The position numbers were made by a program, and so were the translations under genes. DNA of 64,000 nucleotides from NCBI GenBank assembly GCA_934162255.1, contig CAKPIG010000005.1, forward strand, positions 18,480 to 82,479. The letters run 5' to 3'. Below the pieces are notes generated by a model, which was not told where the DNA came from, ran no database searches, and worked only from the letters and a program-made list of their open reading frames with translations. Of this stretch, positions 26,995 to 37,232 are shown piece by piece. Every line of letters starts with the position of its first letter. The stretch's first letter is position 1. This DNA is from an uncultured Clostridia bacterium (lineage in GTDB: Bacteria > Bacillota > Clostridia > TANB77 > CAG-508).

Positions 26995-28503
26995 TTATTT
27001 GTCACAATAATAATTCATGTTTAAATCTTCTCCTAAGTGCCATTTTCCTATAAAATCTATTTTTAAATTATTATTTAGATTATATTTTGGTTCTATTACA
27101 ACATTTCCATTTTGGTCTATTGCTCCCCATAGTCCGTCTTTTTTTACAGCTGCATATCCACATTCATTTTGTTCTGTTGCATCATCATATATATTTTCTA
27201 CAACAGTGTTTCCTTTTTTGTCTACATATCCATATTTACCATTTTGTTTGCTTAAAAATAATGTATTATTTTTTAATATTTCTGTATTTGGTTTTTCTTC
27301 ACATTTAAAATCATAATATTTGTTTTCATCATTTTCTCTTATTTTTATGTATTCATTTTCTGTATTTATTTCTGATATTATTCCTGTTGCTTTTTTATTA
27401 AATTGTGAATCGATTATTGTTGTTTGATAGTCTTCTGTTTCTGCAAGGAAGATATCTGCTTTTTCATTATATGAAATTCCTTGATATTCAAATTGTATTT
27501 TTTCATTTCCTATTGTATCTATGATTCCATATTTGTCATTTTGTTTTGCAATATATATTCCTTCTTTTGCTTCTTTTAAATCTTGATATTTAGGTTCTAT
27601 TAAGTTTATTCCTGTTGTGTCTTTTTCTCCATACATTCCATTTTGTACAAATATGATTCCTCTTGAAGTTCCTGATTTTATTTCATCAAACCCAGTTTCT
27701 ATTATTGTTTCTCCTGATGAATTTATTAGTTTTGTCTTTCCTGCTTCCTTTATTAAATAATAGTTTGGAATATATATTTGTTCTATTTCTTCATATTTGT
27801 TTTCTAGTAATTGTTTTTTAGTTGTACTTATTATTCCATATTTATTGTCTTCTGTTATTGTTATATAACCTTCTTTATATGTTTCCCCTAAGTTTTTAAT
27901 TTCTTTATAATTTGGTTCTATTATTACGCTTCCTTTATCATTTGCAATTCCTTTTTTTCCTTCTTTTGATATAATTAAACTGTTTTCTATTCCAGGTAAT
28001 ACTTCAATATCATCATATTCGCAAGCAAGTAATTCTTTTCCATCTAGATTTATTAATCCATATTTTCCTGTTTTACTTACTTTTAGTACATTTTCTTCAT
28101 ACCAAACATTGTCATTTTTATCAAAGTTTGGTATTGCTTCTATTCCATCATATTCATTAAATATTTGCTCATTTTGACTATTTATTGCTTTTGTGCTATA
28201 TTCTCCTGTTTCTTCATTCACATTATATGTACAGATAAATACTTCTTTTTTCTTATCTGGTATTACTATCATTTCTTGATATGTTGGCTTTATTAGCTCT
28301 TCACCATCTTGATTGATTATTCCCCATTTTTGATTTGCATATAGTGCAAAATATTCATTATCTTTATTTATTCTTTTCTTTCCTGTAAATACATTTATTA
28401 TTATAACAGCACACATTATTATGACTAATAATGCTATAACTACTGCAAATACTTTTTGATAGTTAAGTGTTCCTTCTGTTTCGTACCTTTTTCCTTTACT
28501 CAT
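26995..28503 (-). CDS. WG-repeat (KWG-type) protein with N-terminal membrane anchor
   Basis: Repeated GKYGLINLDGKELL, NKYGIIS, DKYGIIDTIGNE, GKYGYVDKKGN and GLWGAIDQNGN units. I prefer the ATG at 28503 after GGAGG. Confidence 0.75.
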   Translation of the reverse strand: MSKGKRYETEGTLNYQKVFAVVIALLVIIMCAVIIINVFTGKKRINKDNEYFALYANQKWGIINQDGEELIKPTYQEMIVIPDKKKEVFICTYNVNEETGEYSTKAINSQNEQIFNEYDGIEAIPNFDKNDNVWYEENVLKVSKTGKYGLINLDGKELLACEYDDIEVLPGIENSLIISKEGKKGIANDKGSVIIEPNYKEIKNLGETYKEGYITITEDNKYGIISTTKKQLLENKYEEIEQIYIPNYYLIKEAGKTKLINSSGETIIETGFDEIKSGTSRGIIFVQNGMYGEKDTTGINLIEPKYQDLKEAKEGIYIAKQNDKYGIIDTIGNEKIQFEYQGISYNEKADIFLAETEDYQTTIIDSQFNKKATGIISEINTENEYIKIRENDENKYYDFKCEEKPNTEILKNNTLFLSKQNGKYGYVDKKGNTVVENIYDDATEQNECGYAAVKKDGLWGAIDQNGNVVIEPKYNLNNNLKIDFIGKWHLGEDLNMNYYCDK

Positions 28504-28589
28504 GTTAACCTCCACGTTACTTTATTATGGCTATACTATATCACAATTTTCCATATCTTACAAGTATTTGTAAAAACAAACCCCCAATA

Positions 28590-30980
28590 TCATTTGGGGT
28601 TGTTCTTTAGTTTGCATACTATTATACTCATATCGTCTTTTGCCATTCCATAATTATTATCTATAGATTCATTTAACATTATATCTGCAATTTTTTGGCA
28701 ATTATTTGTTTCTATATCTTCTAACATATATTTTATCCATAATTCTTTATTTTTATATTCTATGTTTGAATCAAGAACCCCATCACTACATATTACTAAT
28801 ATATCTCCATCTTGAATGTCTTTATCATATGTAGTTAAATTTATATTTTCAAGTATCCCTGCTGGCAGACTTAATGATTTTACAATTTGGACTTTCCTCT
28901 TGTTTTTTACATATGTTGGGCATGCTCCATTTTTTATAAATTCTACTTTTCCATTATATAAATCTATAATTGCTATATCTAGTGTTGCAAAAATTTCTTC
29001 ATTTGTATTCATTATTGTTGTATTTATAAGGTCTATTGAGGTGTCTTTATCAAACCCTGACATTAAAAGTCTTTCCAACATTTTTATTGCAATTTGACTA
29101 CTTTTCCTTGCTTCTGGTCCTGAACCCATTCCATCACTTAAAGCAATTAAGTATTTTCCATCATTTAATCTAGTTTGTAGTATGCTATCTCCTGATACTA
29201 TGCTGTCTTTTTTAGTCTTAGTTGCTTGTCCTATTTGTATTATATATTTATCTGCAGATAAATAACTAAATACTCTTTTTCCTAAATTGCTAAGTTTTTT
29301 TGTTTTGGTTTCATTTAACATCATTTTTTCGTTTAGTACTTTTTCAATACTCTGTTGTATATTTTCTATATCAATATTTTTATTTGTTTTATTTTCTTCT
29401 TGTATATAGACTTCTACAAAATATCTATTTTCTTTTTTACTAATTTCTATTCCATCTATTAGTATATCTTTTATTTCAAGCATTTCTGTTATTTTTTTCT
29501 TTTGAACAGAATAGGTTGTTTCTTCTCCTATTTTTTCTTCAATATCTGTTGCTATACTTGATATTGCTTTTGAAACTCCATCTAATTGTGCTTGTACATT
29601 TTTTTTGCTACTTTTAATTTTTTCTTCAAATATAAAATCTGTTTTGCTTGCCTTATATGCATTGTTTACTGTTCTTACAATCTTGTTTATATCTTCTTGT
29701 ATTGTGTCATTTACTTTTATGTAATTATTAAATTTTTCAAATGTTTTTATTAAATCTTTGTCATTTATTTCTTGTTTTTCTATAAGTATTTCAAACAGTT
29801 CTTTTATTATTGGACTTTCAGGTTTAGACATATCATCATATAAAATATTTTCTTCCATTCCATCTAAATTGTTTAAAAGCTCTATTTCAAATTTCTTTCT
29901 ATTATTTGCTATTTTTTCTTCCTTGTTTTTCTCTTTATATGCATCAGCCATATCTTTTATGGTTTCTGATACTACATTTAGCCTATTAATTGTTTCCTCA
30001 CTTTGAGTCAATCCTCTTGAATTATATTCAGGAAGCAATTCTTCTGTTTTGTTTAACCCTTCTATGTCTATTCCAGCCCATTTTGGAACTGCAAGTAGCC
30101 CTAGTGATGCAAGTAGTACTTCTTTAAACATTATAAGATTTATTGTTGTGCCATGTGATGCATATAGTAATATTCCATTTCCTGCAACAAATCCTATTAT
30201 TACTCCTATTTTTCCAAATCTATTTAGTAATCCTGCAATCATTCCTGATAATGCATATACTGCTATTATCATTGGTTCATTTTGTGATATTATTCCAAGT
30301 GTTACTCCTATTGTTACACCTGCTGTTGTTCCAACTAATATTCCATTTTTCCATCCTAATATTAATACTAATAATATGCTTAATATATTTCTTATTGATA
30401 GTCCAAATACACCAAAATCTCCAAATGCTGAAACTGCTATAGATATAAGTAAACTTGCTCCTATTACTTCTTCTATTGAAAATGCTCTTTTTTCTGTTAT
30501 ATTTTGAATTACTGTTAGTGAGTTTACAAATATTTTATAGAATATTACTGAAAATATTGCTAATGTTATATGTACCAATAAATCTCCTATCGTAAATTTT
30601 GTTAATATTAGTTTGGCAATCATAATTAGTATTATGCTTACAAATATATGTCCTGATATTTTTATTTGCTCATTTTTGTATTCATCATTTTCCTTTGGAG
30701 GTTTTATAAATATTGATATTAATAGCATCAATATTATTAGGATATAGTTTAATGCACCTGCAGCGCCTACTCCTATTACATTTCCTAATAATCCTGCTAC
30801 CACGACTCCTATAGCAGGAACTCCACTCGCTAAGCTTGCACCTACAATTGCAATACTAAATGGTGATACTTCTTGTCCCATTCCTATTATTGATATCATA
30901 AATGCAATTATATAAACTGTTACATTTTTTATATTGATTAAGTTTTTTAGTACTTCTTTTTGTGTATCTTTTTTTAACAT
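28590..30980 (-). CDS. spoIIE: Stage II sporulation protein E (membrane PP2C phosphatase)
   Basis: About 10 N-terminal TM helices, a central region and a C-terminal PP2C/SpoIIE domain (SGDSIL...ALSDGMGSGPEA...SDGVLD). I prefer the ATG at 30980 after GAGGTG. Confidence 0.85.
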   Translation of the reverse strand: MLKKDTQKEVLKNLINIKNVTVYIIAFMISIIGMGQEVSPFSIAIVGASLASGVPAIGVVVAGLLGNVIGVGAAGALNYILIILMLLISIFIKPPKENDEYKNEQIKISGHIFVSIILIMIAKLILTKFTIGDLLVHITLAIFSVIFYKIFVNSLTVIQNITEKRAFSIEEVIGASLLISIAVSAFGDFGVFGLSIRNILSILLVLILGWKNGILVGTTAGVTIGVTLGIISQNEPMIIAVYALSGMIAGLLNRFGKIGVIIGFVAGNGILLYASHGTTINLIMFKEVLLASLGLLAVPKWAGIDIEGLNKTEELLPEYNSRGLTQSEETINRLNVVSETIKDMADAYKEKNKEEKIANNRKKFEIELLNNLDGMEENILYDDMSKPESPIIKELFEILIEKQEINDKDLIKTFEKFNNYIKVNDTIQEDINKIVRTVNNAYKASKTDFIFEEKIKSSKKNVQAQLDGVSKAISSIATDIEEKIGEETTYSVQKKKITEMLEIKDILIDGIEISKKENRYFVEVYIQEENKTNKNIDIENIQQSIEKVLNEKMMLNETKTKKLSNLGKRVFSYLSADKYIIQIGQATKTKKDSIVSGDSILQTRLNDGKYLIALSDGMGSGPEARKSSQIAIKMLERLLMSGFDKDTSIDLINTTIMNTNEEIFATLDIAIIDLYNGKVEFIKNGACPTYVKNKRKVQIVKSLSLPAGILENINLTTYDKDIQDGDILVICSDGVLDSNIEYKNKELWIKYMLEDIETNNCQKIADIMLNESIDNNYGMAKDDMSIIVCKLKNNPK

Positions 30981-31249
30981 CCTTACCACCTCATAACTTC
31001 TTTATAACATAGTAAATATTTTAATCCTTTTCCTTTGTACATTCTGTCTTTTTTTGTACTCTATTACAAAAAAGTTTTTTACATTTTGTGATATTTATTT
31101 TTTATTTTCCTCATTTTACTCTGTTTTGTATTTTTTATTTTATTATATTTTGTTGAAAATTACAAGGTTTTATTGAAATTTTGAATAACATTTTGATTGT
31201 TTTTTTCATATTATATTAAATAATACATAAATTGTTAAGGGGTGATATT

Positions 31250-31693
31250 ATGTCTGATAATATGAATGATTTATTTGCAAGTGTGAAGAAAATGGTTGAT
31301 AGTGGTAATATACCTGATGATTTAAAAAATATGATGAATAATTTTAATTCTTCTGGAAGTTCTAATAATTCTAACAATAATTTAAATGATGTCTTGAGTC
31401 AAATTTCTCCTGAAATGATTAATAATATGAGTTCAATGTTAAACAATGGTAACAATAATAATTCTAATAATACTAGTTCTGCTCCTAATATAGATATGGG
31501 AACTATTATGAAGATGAAGTCTATAATGGATAATATGAATAATAAGAATGATCCTCGTGCCAATTTGCTATATTCTTTGAAACCATATTTGAGAGATAGT
31601 AAAAAAAATAAACTTGACCAATATGTTAACCTTTTAAATATTTCAAAAATTGCTGATATAATGAATTCAAAGGAAGATAAAAAAAATGAATAA
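31250..31693 (+). CDS. Hypothetical Asn/Ser-rich protein
   Basis: 147 aa with ATG at 31250 after AAGGGGTGA. It has low-complexity poly-N tracts and a conserved-looking C-terminus LLYSLKPYLRDSKKNKLDQYVNLLNISKI. Confidence 0.55.
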   Translation: MSDNMNDLFASVKKMVDSGNIPDDLKNMMNNFNSSGSSNNSNNNLNDVLSQISPEMINNMSSMLNNGNNNNSNNTSSAPNIDMGTIMKMKSIMDNMNNKNDPRANLLYSLKPYLRDSKKNKLDQYVNLLNISKIADIMNSKEDKKNE

Positions 31694-31952
31694 TTATATG
31701 CCTTTTCAATTTTATCGTCCTTATAGGCCATATATACCTCCAAGGTCGGTGCCTCAAACACCACCTCCTCAAGTACAAAGTCCACCTCCTCCACAAAACA
31801 CCAAAAATGATGACTCTTTTTTATTTGATATATTTGGCATTAAACTTTTTTTTGATGATGTTCTTATTCTCAGTCTTTTATTTTTCTTATATAAGGAAGA
31901 TGTTAAAGATGAAGGCTTGTTTCTTGCTCTTGTATTGTTATTAATTAGTTAA
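31686..31952 (+). CDS. Hypothetical small protein with a Pro-rich N-terminus and a hydrophobic C-terminus
   Basis: 88 aa. Its start overlaps the preceding stop (ATGA). It contains YRPYRPYIPPRSVPQTPPPQVQSPPPPQ followed by two hydrophobic stretches. Confidence 0.45.
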   Translation: MNNYMPFQFYRPYRPYIPPRSVPQTPPPQVQSPPPPQNTKNDDSFLFDIFGIKLFFDDVLILSLLFFLYKEDVKDEGLFLALVLLLIS

Positions 31953-31991
31953 AAAAGTTACCCTAAGAATATTCCTAAGGTAACTTTTTTA
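31951..31991. terminator. Bidirectional terminator between the small ORFs and minC
   Basis: Stem AGTTACC / GGTAACT (31956..31962 and 31979..31985) with an A6 run before and a T6 run after. Confidence 0.7.
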
Positions 31992-32600
31992 TTAATCTAT
32001 TATTATTTCATCTTCCAAAACACTTATATATGCATTTTTATATTCTTCTTCATCATTTCTATCAATCTCTTTTACTATATTAGAAATTCTTAATTGCACT
32101 GCATCTAGTTTTTCTGCCACTATAATCGCCTCTTTATTTCCTTTAGCACCTGCATGTGCTAATCCCCTAAGAGCTCCCATTATAACAATATTTTCAGATG
32201 CTATTACTTCTGCTCCAGAGTTTACATCTCCGATTATTACTATACTTCCTTCTACTTCTATTTTTTGTCCTGAACGTAAAGAGCCTTTATGAAATTTTGT
32301 TTCTGATATTCCTATGTCTTTTTTATAGCTCTTTTTAATACTAGATAGTCCTAATGTTGTTGGACTATCAAATATTATTTCAACATCTATTTGACTTTTT
32401 ATTAGCTCTTTTATTTCCTCTAATTCAGAATTTTTTAAGATTTTTCCAACTACATGTATAGGTATTTTTTCGTCTTTATATAATTTTTTTAATTCTCTAA
32501 TTTTTTTCATAAGTGCAAATACTATTTCTTCTTGACTCGCATTATCATCAATTTTTATTACTATTTCATTAGTTTTTAGGTTTATACTGACACAATTCAT
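31992..32600 (-). CDS. minC: Septum site-determining protein MinC
   Basis: C-terminal beta-helix signature GSIVIIGDVNSGAEVIASENIVIMGALRGLAHAG. I prefer the ATG at 32600. Confidence 0.8.
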   Translation of the reverse strand: MNCVSINLKTNEIVIKIDDNASQEEIVFALMKKIRELKKLYKDEKIPIHVVGKILKNSELEEIKELIKSQIDVEIIFDSPTTLGLSSIKKSYKKDIGISETKFHKGSLRSGQKIEVEGSIVIIGDVNSGAEVIASENIVIMGALRGLAHAGAKGNKEAIIVAEKLDAVQLRISNIVKEIDRNDEEEYKNAYISVLEDEIIID

Positions 32601-32622
32601 ATTACACATCCCTTTCGTATAG

Positions 32623-34779
32623 CTATCTCATTTCTTCTGTATATGGAACTGCTGTCACACTTTCGCTAATTTGTTCTGTCTCATTTCTTCCAAAATATTG
32701 AGTAAGAATGTCTCTTGCTACTTCTGCGGCATAGTTTCCATGTCCACCATTTTCTATCATTACAGCTACCGCAACTTCAGGATTTTCAAATGGAGCAAAA
32801 CATACAAACCAAGCATTTACAATGTCATTGCCATTTTCATCTTCTCCAGCTTCTGCAGAACCTGTTTTTCCTGCAACTTCTACTCCAAAGTTTTTGAATA
32901 TATTATATGCTGTTCCTCCTGCCTCTGCTGTGGCCATTCTCATTCCTTCTTTTGCTATATCTATACTTTCTTTATTTATTGTAATTCCATCATCTGTAGT
33001 ATCTATTCCTAATTTTTCATTTGTATATTTTTCAATTTCTTCTTTTGGTACTTCTGTTCCATCTGAGTTTAGTATTGTTTTTATTATTGTTGGTTTTATT
33101 ACTGTCCCTCCATTTGCAATTGATGAAATATATTTTGCAATTTGCATTGGAGTAAAGTTATTATCTCCTTGGCCTATAGATGCATTTAATACATCACCTG
33201 GTCCTATTTTAGCTCCATCTCTTAATTTTGCATGTGTCTCTCTTGATGCAACTGTTCCTGCTGATTCACTTGGTAACTCTACTCCCGTTTTCTTACCTAG
33301 TCCAAAATGTAATGCATATTTTGCTAAAGTATCTATTCCCATTCTATCTCCTGTTTCATAGAAGAAATAGTTGCATGAGTGTTGTAATGCTTGTGTTACA
33401 TTTTGATATCCATGGCCTCTATGATAACTTGTATAATACCAACATTTCATTTCTATTCCATATTTTTTATATATACCTGTATCATTTATCTTTTCTTTTG
33501 AGGATATCGCGCCAGATTCAAGTCCTGCAATTGCTGTAACCATTTTGAATACAGATCCTGGTGCATATGCTGATTGTATTGCTTTATTTAACATTGGATG
33601 CGATTTATCATCTCTTATTGCATTCCATCTTTCTGTTGAAATTCCTCCAACAAACCATTCAGGTTCATAATTTGGATAACTTGCTGATGCTAAAACTTCT
33701 CCTGTATTTACATTCATTACAACAGCAGCCCCTCCTCTTGCATCATAAGTTTGTGAAAATCCACCTGTTCTAATTTTATTTATACAATTTTCTAATGCTT
33801 TTTCTGTTGCTTGTTGTAAATTCGAATCTATTGTTAATACAACATCACTTCCTGCTTTTGCATTTTCAGCTATATATTCTCCTGTGATTGTACCATCAAC
33901 AGACATATCAACTTGTTTTTCACCATCTTCACCTTTAAGATATTTCTCAAATAAATATTCTATACCTGTTTTTCCTATAATATCATCTCTATCATAGCTA
34001 TCCTTTTTTTCATTGTATTCATTTTCATTTATTCTGCCTGTATACCCAATTATATGTGATGCCAAACTACCTACTAAATATGTTCTAACAGCTTTTGTTT
34101 CTATTGTGATTCCAGGAAATTCATCATTTTTTTCACTTATTTGTGCTACTACATCTTGACTAACATCTGTTGCTATTTCTATTGATTTTGTAGCACTATA
34201 TCCTGTCGTTGTTATTTTATATCTTATTGAAAGTATTTTTCTTATTTCTTCTATATTATCATTTGTTATTTCATATTTTGCTTTAAATTTTTCTATTGCT
34301 TCTTCTGCTGTTGCATTTTCTGCTATTTTATATTTTGTTTTCCAATCTGCTAATTCTTTATCTGCTATTGTGTATTCACATGGATTTATTTTTATTGGAA
34401 ATGTATCTGTATATGATATTTCATATTCATTTAATAGATTTACTAATTTTAGAATTGCTTCATTTAATTCTCCATTTGTTATATTTGTCTTATATAATTC
34501 CACATTATATTGTGTTCTTACTCCAACTAATTCATTTCCACTTCTGTCTACAATTGAACCTCTTGCAGCTTTTATTGTTGAAATTCTGGACAATCTTGTA
34601 TTTGATTGTTCTCTATATGTATCACCATTTAATATTTGAAGATTGAATAATTGAACAATTAAAATTATTCCAATTACATATACTAAAATATTGATTATAT
34701 TAAATCTTAAGTTTATCTGCTCATTTCCCATTTCTTTTTCCCAAGAAGTGTCTTTATCAAAGCTTATTCTATTGTTCAA
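32623..34779 (-). CDS. mrdA: Penicillin-binding protein 2 (elongasome transpeptidase)
   Basis: 718 aa with an N-terminal TM anchor and the SxxK (SVFK), SxN (SCN) and KTG (KTGSAE) motifs. It lies in the mre cluster. Confidence 0.85.
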   Translation of the reverse strand: MNNRISFDKDTSWEKEMGNEQINLRFNIINILVYVIGIILIVQLFNLQILNGDTYREQSNTRLSRISTIKAARGSIVDRSGNELVGVRTQYNVELYKTNITNGELNEAILKLVNLLNEYEISYTDTFPIKINPCEYTIADKELADWKTKYKIAENATAEEAIEKFKAKYEITNDNIEEIRKILSIRYKITTTGYSATKSIEIATDVSQDVVAQISEKNDEFPGITIETKAVRTYLVGSLASHIIGYTGRINENEYNEKKDSYDRDDIIGKTGIEYLFEKYLKGEDGEKQVDMSVDGTITGEYIAENAKAGSDVVLTIDSNLQQATEKALENCINKIRTGGFSQTYDARGGAAVVMNVNTGEVLASASYPNYEPEWFVGGISTERWNAIRDDKSHPMLNKAIQSAYAPGSVFKMVTAIAGLESGAISSKEKINDTGIYKKYGIEMKCWYYTSYHRGHGYQNVTQALQHSCNYFFYETGDRMGIDTLAKYALHFGLGKKTGVELPSESAGTVASRETHAKLRDGAKIGPGDVLNASIGQGDNNFTPMQIAKYISSIANGGTVIKPTIIKTILNSDGTEVPKEEIEKYTNEKLGIDTTDDGITINKESIDIAKEGMRMATAEAGGTAYNIFKNFGVEVAGKTGSAEAGEDENGNDIVNAWFVCFAPFENPEVAVAVMIENGGHGNYAAEVARDILTQYFGRNETEQISESVTAVPYTEEMR

Positions 34780-34796
34780 AAATTTCTCACCTTCTT

Positions 34797-35330
34797 TTAA
34801 AAATATCTTGTTAAAATTCTGTCTCCTTTTATCTCATTTTCTACTTCATATCCTGTATTTTTTATTAGTGGATATAAAATAACAATAAGTAATACATTAT
34901 ATAATGTTTCTATACTTAGTGTTTTTATAAATAACATTATTTCTATATTTGTTCCTAATACTATATGTCTTAATACATAATTTATAATTTCATATATTAT
35001 TGTACATAGTGCTCCCATAATAATAATAGTTATTCTACTGTCTTTAGAAAAATTTTTGTCAAATACTCCTCCCAGTAGTCCAATTATTGCAAGACAAGCT
35101 GATGTTATTCCTATATTTCTTCCAATCCAGATATCTAAAAATATTCCATATACTATACCATAAATTGTTCCCATACATCTTCCCATATATAATCCTATAT
35201 ATAAAATTAGTATTATAAAAATATTAGGCATTACATTAGCTATTGTAAAATTGGCAAAAAAAGTAGTTTGCAAAAAATATGTTAGTATAAAGATAATTAC
35301 TAATGATACATGAATTATTGCTTTTTTCAT
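34797..35330 (-). CDS. mreD: Rod shape-determining protein MreD
   Basis: 177-aa polytopic membrane protein immediately downstream of mreC. Confidence 0.75.
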   Translation of the reverse strand: MKKAIIHVSLVIIFILTYFLQTTFFANFTIANVMPNIFIILILYIGLYMGRCMGTIYGIVYGIFLDIWIGRNIGITSACLAIIGLLGGVFDKNFSKDSRITIIIMGALCTIIYEIINYVLRHIVLGTNIEIMLFIKTLSIETLYNVLLIVILYPLIKNTGYEVENEIKGDRILTRYF

Positions 35331-35340
35331 TTTTACCCCT

Positions 35341-36159
35341 TTATTGACTTGTTATAACAAGTACTGTTTCTAATTTTTCAAAGTCTACGGCTGATTCTAT
35401 AAGTGCATATGAATCTGTTTTATTTGTTCCTTCTACAACTTTCTTTATTCTACCTATATGTATTCCCTTTGTATAAATTCCTCCCAATCCAGAAGTTTCT
35501 ACACTATCTCCTTGGATTAGTTTTGCATCTGTTGAAATAAATGTCGCTTTTAATGTTGATGTGTTTTCTATCGTTCCTTTTGCAATCATTGTGTCTCTTG
35601 TTGAACTTGATAAACAACTTGTAGCACTTGCACTATCCACTATTGTTTGAATTTTTGATGTATTTTCTGATACAGATACTACATATCCAACAAGTCCTTC
35701 ATCAGCTATTACTGTCATTTTTTCTTTTATTCCACTAGAACTTCCTACATTTATTACAACAGTTTTTGAATAATTACTTATATCTCTTGTTATTATTGTT
35801 CCTGGAACAGTTGTATATTGTCCATATTTTTCTGATAAATTTAATTCTTGTTTTAATTGTTCATTTTCATTTTTCATAATTTCAAATTCTCTTAATGATT
35901 GTTCTAGTTGACTATTTTTTTCTTTTAAGTCTGCATTTTCTGCTTTTAGTTCATCTATATTTTCGAAAAATTTGTCATTATTACTTAATTTATTTTTTAA
36001 ATATGTTAATCCATTTTGTATTGGCATAACAATAGTGTTTGCAATACTATTTATTATTGTTTCTTTTTTAACATCTTGATTTGTAAAAATAATAAGCAAA
36101 ATTAATATTATTATAGTTATTATAACTCCTATAACTCCACCTTTTCTATCTCTATCCAT
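35341..36159 (-). CDS. mreC: Rod shape-determining protein MreC
   Basis: 272 aa with an N-terminal TM helix, a coiled coil and a C-terminal beta domain (GLVGYV..., GGIYTKGIHIGRI). Confidence 0.85.
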   Translation of the reverse strand: MDRDRKGGVIGVIITIIILILLIIFTNQDVKKETIINSIANTIVMPIQNGLTYLKNKLSNNDKFFENIDELKAENADLKEKNSQLEQSLREFEIMKNENEQLKQELNLSEKYGQYTTVPGTIITRDISNYSKTVVINVGSSSGIKEKMTVIADEGLVGYVVSVSENTSKIQTIVDSASATSCLSSSTRDTMIAKGTIENTSTLKATFISTDAKLIQGDSVETSGLGGIYTKGIHIGRIKKVVEGTNKTDSYALIESAVDFEKLETVLVITSQ

Positions 36160-36177
36160 TTACTCTCTTTCCTTTAA

Positions 36178-37209
36178 TTATCTTCTTTTTCTTGAGTCAG
36201 CTAAGACATTTTTTAATTTTTCTAAATCTTGTAATGTTTTTTCTGTTCCTCTAACAACACAATCTAAAGATTCTTCTGTAACATATACAGGCATACCTGT
36301 TTCTAGACTTATTAACTTGTCCAAATTCTGTATTAATGAACCTCCTCCTGCTAATACAATTCCTTTTTCCATTATATCTGATGCAAGTTCTGGTGGTGTT
36401 TTTTCTAATGTTAGTTTTATTACTTCTACGATTTTTTCTATTGATTCTTTTATTGCCTCTTCTACTTGATTTGAAGTTATTGTTACTGTTCTAGGTAATC
36501 CATCAGATAAGTCTCTTCCCTTTATTTCCATAGACATTTGTGTCATCAAAGGCATTGCACATCCCAAATATTTTTTTACTTGTTCAGCAGTAGTTTCTCC
36601 TATAGCTAAATTAAGTTCTTTTTTTACATAATTAATAATATCCTCATCAAGTTCATCTCCTGCAATTCTTAATGAATTACTGATTACAATTCCTCCTAGG
36701 GAAATAACCGCAACTTCTGTTGTTCCTCCACCAATATCTACTATTATGTTTCCACTTGGCTCTTCTATTTCGATTCCTGCCCCTATTGCTGCAGCCATTG
36801 GCTCTTCTATCAAATACACTTCTCTTGCACCCGCATGTAATATTGATTCTTGTACTGCTCTTTCTTCTACTTCTGTTATTCCAGAAGGAACTCCTACTAA
36901 AACTCTTGGCCTTAATGCATTATATCTTTTACAAACTCTTTCTAATATGTTCTTTAGCAATAATTTTGTTGCTGTAAAATCTGCTATTACACCATCTTTT
37001 AATGGTCTTATTGCATCTATTTCTTTTGGTGTTCTTCCTATCATTTCTTTTGCTTCATTTCCAGTTGCAATTATTTCATTTTTACTTTTATTTACTGCTA
37101 TAACTGAAGGTTCTCTTAAAACAATACCTTTTCCTTTTATGGTTACTAATATATTAGCTGTTCCTAAATCTATTCCTATGTCCTTAGATTTGAATGACAA
37201 AAAACTCAT
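36178..37209 (-). CDS. mreB: Rod shape-determining protein MreB
   Basis: Actin-like ATPase motifs (DIGIDLGTANILV, DIGGGTTEVAV). I prefer the ATG at 37209 (MSFLSF) to the GTG at 37233. Confidence 0.9.
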   Translation of the reverse strand: MSFLSFKSKDIGIDLGTANILVTIKGKGIVLREPSVIAVNKSKNEIIATGNEAKEMIGRTPKEIDAIRPLKDGVIADFTATKLLLKNILERVCKRYNALRPRVLVGVPSGITEVEERAVQESILHAGAREVYLIEEPMAAAIGAGIEIEEPSGNIIVDIGGGTTEVAVISLGGIVISNSLRIAGDELDEDIINYVKKELNLAIGETTAEQVKKYLGCAMPLMTQMSMEIKGRDLSDGLPRTVTITSNQVEEAIKESIEKIVEVIKLTLEKTPPELASDIMEKGIVLAGGGSLIQNLDKLISLETGMPVYVTEESLDCVVRGTEKTLQDLEKLKNVLADSRKRR

Positions 37210-37232
37210 ATACTCTCGTTCCTTTCTTTGCA

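Noticed and set aside
30990-31249. A search for Spo0A boxes (TGTCGAA-like) in the spoIIE upstream region.
   Set aside because: I found no convincing match on either strand by eye. The region is AT-rich with only weak AT hairpins.
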